A DNA stretch of 31,251 nt from an uncultured Gammaproteobacteria bacterium (GTDB taxonomy: Bacteria > Patescibacteriota > Patescibacteriia > UBA2591 > CALHIP01). The translations under genes were made by a program, and so were the position numbers. The stretch is from positions 1 to 31,251 of the forward strand of contig CAYVCK010000002.1 in NCBI GenBank assembly GCA_964450195.1. Direction: 5' to 3'. Shown here piece by piece: positions 8,179-15,482 of the stretch. The notes under the pieces are model-generated. The model was not told the DNA's origin, made no database searches, and was given only the letters and a program-made list of their open reading frames with translations. Every line of letters begins with the position of its first letter. Within the stretch, counting starts at the first letter, position 1.

Positions 8179-10077
8179 ATGCAGCGATCTTCTTTTGAGG
8201 AAATAGCTCGATATTATACTCAGAAAAAGCCATTAGTCCCTCTTCATAGATTTTCTCAGCCGAAGCGTCCTTCTCGTTCTGGTTTTTTGATTCTTCTTTT
8301 TGTGATTTTAATTTTGATTTTATTAGCCGGCTTAGCTGGTTTTTTAATTTTCGGTCGTCAGGTTTTGGAATTTAAAACCGAGGGCGTATTACTTAAGGTA
8401 GGGGGAGTAGACCAGCTGGTGGTTGGTCAGAAAGAAACATTTGTCATAAGGGTTAAAAATAAAGAAAGAACAGAACTCAGGGCAGCTGAATTGACTCTTG
8501 GCTTCCCCCAGGGTTTTTATTTTGAGAACTCAAGTGAGCCATGTGTTGAAAAACTTGTGGCTGGTTGTGTTTGGCCTATTGGAAAACTATTACCAGCTGA
8601 GGAGAAAATTATCGAGTTTGAGGGTTATTTTCTTTCACCCATCTTGCCGGATGGAGAAAAAAATAAATTTACCGTCTCTTTAAATTTTCAAATTGCCGGA
8701 TTTACGGCTAATTTTAGAAAAACCATCGAAAGAACAATAGAGGTGGGGCCGAGCTTATCAATAGAGATTAATCATGATAAAGAAATATTTCTTGGCCAAG
8801 AGACGAGGTGGGAGATAGTCATCGAAAATAAAGGTAAAAACGATCTTAAAGAGATAGAGGTTGGGTTTGACCATTCGGTTGATTTTAATGTTTCTTTTCT
8901 AGCTAGTCCTGACGAGACGATTGATTTAGGCACTAGAACAGAGAAGGGACAGACCTGGAAAATAAAAGAATTACAAGTTGGCGGGAAGAAGAGTATTATT
9001 CTGCGCGGTTTATTTAATGAAGCCGGAGAAAGAACCATCAAGGCCAGAGCTGGCCTGATCGGGCCGACTAAACGTTTATTGCCTCAAGTAGAAATAGAAA
9101 AAAAGATTATTGTTAATGAAAGTAACTTTAATTTAGAGTTTTTAGACGAAACAAATTTATTGGCTGAATGGGGCAAAGAGTTATCGCTTGTATTTACTTA
9201 TCAAAATAGCGGTCAACAAGATTTGGAAGATGTTTTTTTAAAATTAACAATCGGTCGTCCAGAATATCTTAACTGGCTTAACACTTTTCGAGGTAACTGG
9301 CAGTGGCAGTCTGGAGAAAAAAGAATGGCGACCAATCTCTGGCAGGTTTCTGAGGATGATCAGAATAAAATTTTAACTTGGCAAGCGGCACAAATTCCAG
9401 CTTTAAAGAAGATTGGTCCGGGTGAGACTGGCCAGATAAAATTCAATCTTAAAATTATTCCTTTGCTCGAGGCGATAAAGCATTCCTATACCAAGGCTGA
9501 TTTAGATATTAATCTGGAGGTTAGCGGTTCGTGGCAAGAAGGAGCGCGGTTTTTTCTTAAAGCTAAACCTCTTCAGATAAAAATAAAAACCAGTTTTATC
9601 CCCTTAGCCGAGGCGCGGTATTATGATGATGAAAGATTGGCGGTTGGCCAAGGGCCAGTGCCGCCCCGAGTTGGCGAAAGAACGGTTTATCGAATTTATT
9701 TTAATCTTAAAAATACTACTAATCCGATTCAGGAAATTGAGATGAGAACTAATCTGCCTTCTAATCTAAAGTGGGCTGAGGGTAAATTTACCTCAGTTGG
9801 CGATATTAAATTTAATCAACAGACCAGAACAGTTATTTGGCAGATTAATCGTTTAGACCAGTATTCTGGCGGTTCTTATTCTTTAATTGAGGCAAGTTTT
9901 TTGCTGGCTTTGACGCCAAAAGAAGAAGATCGCGGCCAGATTTTATTTTTAACTGGACCGATCCAATTGTCAGCAACGGATGGTTTTACTGGTCAAAAAA
10001 TTTTTCAAGAACTTTCTCCTTTAGATACTAATTTATCTGGCGATCCAGTAGTGACCGGCAGGGGGAGAGTAGAATAA
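8179..10077 (+). CDS. Large membrane-anchored protein with Ig-like/DUF11-type beta-sandwich repeats
   Basis: One TM helix, then repeated motifs such as FVIRVKN, WEIVIENKG, FTYQNSG and FNLKNTTN. The ORF-track start at 8125 lies in repeat-like sequence, so ATG 8179 is preferred. Confidence 0.7.
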   Translation: MQRSSFEEIARYYTQKKPLVPLHRFSQPKRPSRSGFLILLFVILILILLAGLAGFLIFGRQVLEFKTEGVLLKVGGVDQLVVGQKETFVIRVKNKERTELRAAELTLGFPQGFYFENSSEPCVEKLVAGCVWPIGKLLPAEEKIIEFEGYFLSPILPDGEKNKFTVSLNFQIAGFTANFRKTIERTIEVGPSLSIEINHDKEIFLGQETRWEIVIENKGKNDLKEIEVGFDHSVDFNVSFLASPDETIDLGTRTEKGQTWKIKELQVGGKKSIILRGLFNEAGERTIKARAGLIGPTKRLLPQVEIEKKIIVNESNFNLEFLDETNLLAEWGKELSLVFTYQNSGQQDLEDVFLKLTIGRPEYLNWLNTFRGNWQWQSGEKRMATNLWQVSEDDQNKILTWQAAQIPALKKIGPGETGQIKFNLKIIPLLEAIKHSYTKADLDINLEVSGSWQEGARFFLKAKPLQIKIKTSFIPLAEARYYDDERLAVGQGPVPPRVGERTVYRIYFNLKNTTNPIQEIEMRTNLPSNLKWAEGKFTSVGDIKFNQQTRTVIWQINRLDQYSGGSYSLIEASFLLALTPKEEDRGQILFLTGPIQLSATDGFTGQKIFQELSPLDTNLSGDPVVTGRGRVE

Positions 10078-10260
10078 AAATCTTTCAATATTTTTTGATA
10101 AATCTCTTTAGCTGATTTTATTTTGTCTTAATGTGCCTGGGCACGAAGAAAAGCGGAGTTTAAACCTCGTTTCTCTTCACAGTCTTGTCTCTTCTAATGA
10201 TCTTAACAAAGACGATTACATCCTCGTTGTCCGCCACAATTAGCTTCGACTACGTTCTTT

Positions 10261-10298
10261 GACCCTTTGGTGGTATTCCACCAAAGAGTCTTTATTTT
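10261..10298 (+). terminator. Strong hairpin plus T tract (intrinsic terminator)
   Basis: GACCCTTTGGTGG-TATT-CCACCAAAGAGTC-TTTATTTT. Confidence 0.65.
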
Positions 10299-10367
10299 GC
10301 CAAAACAAAAAGCCAAACAAAAGTAAGGTTTTTATTTTTATTTATAATAATAAGATTGGTAGAAATT

Positions 10368-10456
10368 TTATATCAAGCCAATTTTTTTCTTGACTTCAGC
10401 TAGAGTCTCTGAAGCGATTTTTTGGGCGCGTTTGGCGCCGTCGGCTAAAATTTTAT
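10368..10456 (-). repeat. Second, diverged copy of the trpS 3' end
   Basis: 47 bp identical to 10587..10633. Reads KILADGAKRAQKIASETLAEVKKKIGLI* versus trpS ...ASQTLTEAKKKIGLL*. Confidence 0.92.
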
Positions 10457-10459
10457 TTA

Positions 10460-10484
10460 AAACTCGGGGACAGTCCCCGAGTTT
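10460..10484. repeat. Perfect 12-bp inverted repeat (REP-like)
   Basis: AAACTCGGGGAC-A-GTCCCCGAGTTT, next to the duplicated trpS segment. Confidence 0.8.
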
Positions 10485-10544
10485 AAACGCTTTTATTAAT
10501 GCGGGTTATAATCTGATCTTAATAAAAACTGAAGCACTTTTATT

Positions 10545-11522
10545 TTATAACAACCCAATTTTCTTTTTAGCTTCAGTTAATGTTTGTGAAGCGATTTTTT
10601 GGGCGCGTTTGGCGCCGTCGGCTAAAATTTTATAAACCCGATCTTCGTTTTTGGATAATTCGGCGTATTTTTTTCTAAAGGGTGCTAATTCCTTGGCGAT
10701 ATTATCGGCTAAGATTTTTTTACATTCCAGACAGCCAATTTGAGCGGTGCGGCATTTTTTGGCAATATCTTTTTGGACTGATAACTCGGAAAATAATTCG
10801 TGTAAACTATAAAGATTACATTTTTTCGGTTCGCCGGGATCAGTTCTTTTTTTGCGGGCTGGATCCGTGACGGCCGTGGAAAGTTTTTTCCAGATAGTTT
10901 CTGGCGAATTAGTCAAAGCAATGCCTTCATCGCCGGTTTTGCTCATTTTTTTTGTCGGATCAGTCAAACTCATAATCCGTGGCGCTTGGGTTAAAACCGC
11001 TTTTGGTTCTGGGAAAACTTTACCAAAAGCGTTATTAAATTTTCTGGCAATGGTGCGGGCTAATTCAACATGCTGAACCTGATCTTCACCGACTGGCACC
11101 AGTTCTGCTTTGTAAAGTAAAATATCCGCGGCCATTAAAACTGGATAGTCTAAAAGACCGATATTCACCGCATCGGGATGTTGTTTTGATTTTTCTTTAA
11201 ATTGCGTCATTCTTTTAAGCTCGCCAACTGGCGTAATGGTATTAAAAATCCAAGTTAGTTCTGTATGTTCTGGCACCTGCGATTGGACAAAAATAATTGA
11301 TTTTTTCGGATCAAGGCCAGCGGCTAAATAGGTGACCGCTAAATCAAAAATTCTTTTTTTTATTTCGCTTGGCTTAAAAGGAGTAGTAATAGCATGATAA
11401 TCAACAATAGAAAAAATACACTCATAGCTGTTTTGCAGAGCAACCCAATTTTTTAGCGCGCCAAGGTAATTGCCTAAATGCAACCCGGCGGTTGGTCGCA
11501 TACCGGAGAAAATTCGTTTCAT
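10545..11522 (-). CDS. trpS: Tryptophanyl-tRNA synthetase
   Basis: RPTAGLHLGNYLGA (HIGH), YPVLMAADIL, VPVGEDQ, KMSK. Confidence 0.98.
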   Translation of the reverse strand: MKRIFSGMRPTAGLHLGNYLGALKNWVALQNSYECIFSIVDYHAITTPFKPSEIKKRIFDLAVTYLAAGLDPKKSIIFVQSQVPEHTELTWIFNTITPVGELKRMTQFKEKSKQHPDAVNIGLLDYPVLMAADILLYKAELVPVGEDQVQHVELARTIARKFNNAFGKVFPEPKAVLTQAPRIMSLTDPTKKMSKTGDEGIALTNSPETIWKKLSTAVTDPARKKRTDPGEPKKCNLYSLHELFSELSVQKDIAKKCRTAQIGCLECKKILADNIAKELAPFRKKYAELSKNEDRVYKILADGAKRAQKIASQTLTEAKKKIGLL

Positions 11523-11527
11523 AAGAT

Positions 11528-12316
11528 TTATTTATATTTTTGCCATTTGATTTTTACAGGTCGTTCGACTTTCTGTCCGGCGGGTTTTTTAGCCAAAATT
11601 AGATATTTAAACCCGCGTAAAAAGAAATTAAATTGGGCCCGATAATGCTAAACTCTAGTATTAGAACTTTGGTTTCTTCTCGTAACACTGATTAAATCTA
11701 TTGGCTCAAATTTCACATTATCCACTAACATCTGGTAAATTTTAAATCCTACCGGGGTAAATTTTCTTTTTACCCATTGGTCGCCAATTAACCAACCTAT
11801 TACTTTGCCGGGTTTCAAAATTCTGTAAATTTCTTGAGCAACTTTTTCCAACTCCTCATAAAATTTTGGGTCTTCGGCAGAAATTTTTCCAATATCTGCG
11901 GCTTCATTAGAATAACTAACATTATCGCCATAAGGAGAATCTATAAAAACCATATCTACTGAATTATCATTGAGTGGAATTTTCCGCGAATCGTTTTTTA
12001 TAACTTTTGGGTGTTGAGGATTAATATCATAACCGATTGCTTTTCTCCCTTCTTCCTCGCATACATCAATCGTTGTTCCACTTCCACACATTGGATCTAT
12101 CACCAAATCCCCCGGCTTTGTATATCTCTGTAACATATTCCAAATAATAAAAGCCGGCGTAACACCCTGAAACTTATTATTACCCTTCGGCTTTTTGCCG
12201 TAGCTTTGCTTCGGATAATCCCAAAGGGTTGTCGTCTCAAAGGGCGGTTTTTCTTCCTCTTGATTTTTTACTTCTTGCTGGACTATTTTTTTATTTTTTA
12301 TTGCTTCTTTTAGCAT
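11528..12316 (-). pseudogene. Amino (N4C/N6A) DNA methyltransferase interrupted by an in-frame TAG at 11648-11650
   Basis: Motif I DPMCGSGT precedes motif IV DSPY. After the TAG the frame continues HYRAQFNFFLRGFKYLILAKKP...KYK* to 11528, just before trpS. Confidence 0.85.
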
Positions 12317-12995
12317 AGACTAGATTCTTTAAATCAATTAAAAATTTATCAAATTTTTTAACTTTATTGCTTTCCCCAATTTCTTCTTCAGTCATTACAT
12401 AACTACCGTCAGTATCTACTTCAACTATTGCCCTACCTTTCTTTGCCGGTTTTCGAATGCTTAAAGTTTTGTCCTCGTCGGGCGTAACAAAGAAAACTTT
12501 TATGTGCTTTGTAACTTTATCTTGGCTTAACTTAATTTTCCAATAACCTGTTTGGGTTATTCTTTCTCGTAGAGTAACTTTACTAGAAATTACAGCAATA
12601 ATTTCGTAAGTTTTTGGTTCGTAAATAATTATATCAACATCAGGCAGATGAGACCCAAATTCTCCATAATCAATTAAAAGATTTCTTTTGACGCGGTTTA
12701 ATTCCTCCGATAGATTGCTACTATTTGTTCTTTCTAATGTGTTGCCTTCAATAATTTTTAAACCTAAACTTTCTACTTCGTCTTTTATGATATGGATAAC
12801 AAGTTTTTCTAAATTCTTACCCTTGAACGCTCGCCAAGATTGTTCGTGGTCTTTATTGGGAGTTGGAGATTTCTGCCAATCTTTTTTGTGCAATTCTTTT
12901 GCCTCTCTTAATAATTCCGAAATGTGCTTAAAAGCATCGGCTTTATATTGCTCTTTCTTTTTCTCATAAAGTTTTATCAAATCTTCAAAAGTCAT
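12291..12995 (-). CDS. Type II restriction endonuclease, BsaWI/MjaVI-like PD-(D/E)XK family
   Basis: SWRAFKGKNLEKL, LPDVDIIIY and ISSKVTLRER...TGYWK motifs; overlaps the MTase start. ATG 12995 (MTFEDL) is preferred over 13025. Confidence 0.8.
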   Translation of the reverse strand: MTFEDLIKLYEKKKEQYKADAFKHISELLREAKELHKKDWQKSPTPNKDHEQSWRAFKGKNLEKLVIHIIKDEVESLGLKIIEGNTLERTNSSNLSEELNRVKRNLLIDYGEFGSHLPDVDIIIYEPKTYEIIAVISSKVTLRERITQTGYWKIKLSQDKVTKHIKVFFVTPDEDKTLSIRKPAKKGRAIVEVDTDGSYVMTEEEIGESNKVKKFDKFLIDLKNLVYAKRSNKK

Positions 12996-13011
12996 AGTTT
13001 TACTTATTTTT

Positions 13012-13236
13012 TCAATAATATTCATTAATCACCTTTAAAATTTCACAATTAAAAGCCACCTTATTTTTATCCTTTTTCATTTTTGCATTTTCAAGATTAT
13101 AGAGAGTGTATTGTTTCATTAAAATTAATCCCCGCTGAAAAATTGCCTCCGCGGTAAAAGGACCTTTAGCCCCATTCCATTTTTTTCTTTCTCGGTAAAC
13201 TTCTTTGAGTTGTCTTTTTATCTCTTTAAAAGTCAT
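13012..13236 (-). CDS. Small hypothetical protein (74 aa from ATG 13236; ORF open from 13272)
   Basis: MTFKEIKRQLKEVYRERKKWNGAKGPFTAEAIFQRGL...; basic and predicted helical. Confidence 0.6.
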   Translation of the reverse strand: MTFKEIKRQLKEVYRERKKWNGAKGPFTAEAIFQRGLILMKQYTLYNLENAKMKKDKNKVAFNCEILKVINEYY

Positions 13237-13325
13237 AAATTTTTGCCTTAAGATAAATTTTTCGAGCTGCATCTCTCAATACACTGTAATCCTTTTTTGA
13301 CTTTTTGTAGTGGGGTTTTATCATA

Positions 13326-13364
13326 TTATTTCTCGTAAAGTTTTATTAAATCTTGAAATTTTAT
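13326..13364 (-). repeat. Relic duplicate of the endonuclease 5' end
   Basis: ATA AAA TTT CAA GAT TTA ATA AAA CTT TAC GAG AAA TAA (I/M-KFQDLIKLYEK*). 13329..13358 matches 12960..12989 (FEDLIKLYEK) at 27/30 nt. Confidence 0.8.
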
Positions 13365-13436
13365 TTTTATTCGTCGTAGTTACTCATGATTTAAATATTC
13401 GTGTCATTCGGGTGTATTCGTAGATTCGGGTCGCGT

Positions 13437-15119
13437 TTAGATCTCGATCACCATTGGCAGAATCATCGGTCGGCGATGGGTTTTTTGATAGAGAAAGTCG
13501 CCGATCTGGTTGCGGAGTTTATTTTTCAAAGGTTCCCAATCAATGATTTTCGCTTGCGATTTCAGATAACTTTGAGCGATTTTTCTAATTTTTGCCTTAG
13601 TGGTATTGATTAATCTTTCTGATTCTTTCATAAAGACAAAACCGCGGGAGATGACTTCTAAATTATTAATTTTTCTTTCTTTCCGACTGGCTAGTAAAAT
13701 AATAACAAAAATGCCTGCCTCTGACAAAGTTTTCCGGTCGCGTAAAACTACATGTTTAACATCGCCGACGCCCAGGCCGTCCACCAAAATTGTTTCTACC
13801 CGAGTTTTTCTCTTGATAACTCGAGCGATTTTATTTTTATCTATTTCCAAACAATCACCATTGTCTAAAATAAAAATATTTTTTTGAGAAATGCCAACTT
13901 GTTGAGCCAATTCAGCATGGACAGCTTGCATATAATGTTCGCCATAGGCCGGAACAAAATAACGTGGTTTGATAAGAGAGAGAAGAAATTTTAAATCCTC
14001 TTGTTGGGCATGGCCGGAAGCATGAATACCGAAGAGTGGTTCATAGATGACTTTGGCGCCTTGATCAACTAAACCATTCATTAATTTATGAACTGCTTGT
14101 TCATTGCCCGGGATGGGGGTGGAGGAAAAAATTACGGTATCGTCTTTTTTAATTTTGATGAGACGGTGTCTGCCAAAAGAGATTCTAGCCATGGCTGATG
14201 ATTCCATGCCCTGACTGCCAGAAGCCAGAATAACCAGTCTTTCATTGTTTAATAATTTTTTTATTTTGTGCGGCCAAATAAGTGTCTCGGGTCGTACTTT
14301 TAGATAACCAAGTTCTAGGGCCACCCGAACCGTTTTTTCCATTGAGAGACCGGCAATTGCCACCTGGCGGTGATATTTTTCCGCCGCTCTAAAAACTTCC
14401 TGCAGACGGGTAATTAAAGTTGAGAAAGTAGTAAAAATAATCCGACCTTTGATTTTGGAAAACAAATCATCGATCATCTGACCGACTTTGGCTTCAGAAA
14501 TTGTTTTGCCTGGTTCGGCGGCGTTAACGCTGTCAGAAAAAAGAGCCAAGACCTTTTTTCGGCCAAGCATTTTAATTTTTTCTAAATCAATTGGTTTTTG
14601 GTCAGTCGGCGTTAAATCAATTTTAAAATCACCAGTGTGAACAACTCGGCCAATCGGTGTCTCAAAAACAACACCCATACTGTCAGGGATATTATGATTG
14701 ACGCGGAAAAATGAAAGATTGAAGTTTCTAAATTTTAAAATCGTTTCCAGGTTGATAACTTTCATTTTCACTTTTTTTTCTAAATTAAATTCTTCCAAGC
14801 GTTGTCGAATAAGGCCAATAGTTAAAGGCAGGCCATAAATAGGTAGTGAATCAATTTCTTGAATCAAGTAAGGGATGGCACCAATATGGTCTAAGTGACC
14901 GTGAGAAATAACCAGCGCCTTAATTTTTTCTTTGTTTCTCTTTAAATAATTGACATCAGGAATAATATAATCAACTCCGGGTGTTTCTTCAGTCGGAAAA
15001 TCAAGGCCGAGGTCTAAAACAATTATTTCATTTCCATACTCAAAAACCGTGCAGTTTTTACCGACTTCTTCTGAACCACCTAAAGGAATGATTTTTAGAG
15101 TTTGTTGAGATTTTTTCAT
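13437..15119 (-). CDS. rnj: Ribonuclease J
   Basis: IIPLGGSEEVGKN, SHGHLDHIG, HTGDFK, HASGH, RRPMILP motifs. Confidence 0.96.
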   Translation of the reverse strand: MKKSQQTLKIIPLGGSEEVGKNCTVFEYGNEIIVLDLGLDFPTEETPGVDYIIPDVNYLKRNKEKIKALVISHGHLDHIGAIPYLIQEIDSLPIYGLPLTIGLIRQRLEEFNLEKKVKMKVINLETILKFRNFNLSFFRVNHNIPDSMGVVFETPIGRVVHTGDFKIDLTPTDQKPIDLEKIKMLGRKKVLALFSDSVNAAEPGKTISEAKVGQMIDDLFSKIKGRIIFTTFSTLITRLQEVFRAAEKYHRQVAIAGLSMEKTVRVALELGYLKVRPETLIWPHKIKKLLNNERLVILASGSQGMESSAMARISFGRHRLIKIKKDDTVIFSSTPIPGNEQAVHKLMNGLVDQGAKVIYEPLFGIHASGHAQQEDLKFLLSLIKPRYFVPAYGEHYMQAVHAELAQQVGISQKNIFILDNGDCLEIDKNKIARVIKRKTRVETILVDGLGVGDVKHVVLRDRKTLSEAGIFVIILLASRKERKINNLEVISRGFVFMKESERLINTTKAKIRKIAQSYLKSQAKIIDWEPLKNKLRNQIGDFLYQKTHRRPMILPMVIEI

Positions 15120-15176
15120 TGTTTACTTTGTATTTTTTATATTTTAATTTCGAAGGAATCAAGGTTCTTGAGCGTC

Positions 15177-15351
15177 CGCTTCGCCTCGGCGAAGACGAGG
15201 CGAGAAGCGAAAAATTCTTATATTTAATTTTTGGTTTTTAGCGAAGCGTCGCGGTGTTCACGATCGGAGTCGCCACAATACCACATCGGGTGCGTGGCGT
15301 CCCAAACCACGTAGGGTTTGGGACGAACCTGCCTAATTCTCCATGCCGAAA
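15177..15351. repeat. Cluster of GC-rich REP-like hairpins downstream of tRNA-Leu
   Basis: CGCCTCG..CGAGGCG hairpin, GCGAAGCG at 15241 and its complement at 15177, an 11-bp IR CGTCCCAAACC/GGTTTGGGACG, and a TGCCGAA duplication of the tRNA 3' end. Confidence 0.6.
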
Positions 15352-15435
15352 TGCCGAAGGTGGGAGTCGAACCCACATGGGCTTTCGCCCAACGGCTCCT
15401 GGGGCCGTAGCGTCTTCCAATTCCGCCACTTCGGC
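15352..15435 (-). tRNA. tRNA-Leu(CAG) with C at position 33
   Basis: GCCGAAG/CTTCGGC acceptor, A73, long variable arm, ACGGC-CC CAG GA-GCCGT anticodon arm, TTCGACT T-loop. Confidence 0.92.
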
Positions 15436-15482
15436 TTAAGACACTTGGTGATTGGGCGCACCCCAGCTGTCTCGCATCAATT

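Noticed and set aside
10390-11076. Plus-strand ORFs antisense to trpS, and other antisense or nested ORFs (e.g. 12688, 13401, 18184-19521, 20259, 22870, 23943, 25456)
   Set aside because: They are shadow frames of well-supported genes on the opposite strand. The repeated peptide in 10390..10635 simply reflects the trpS duplication.
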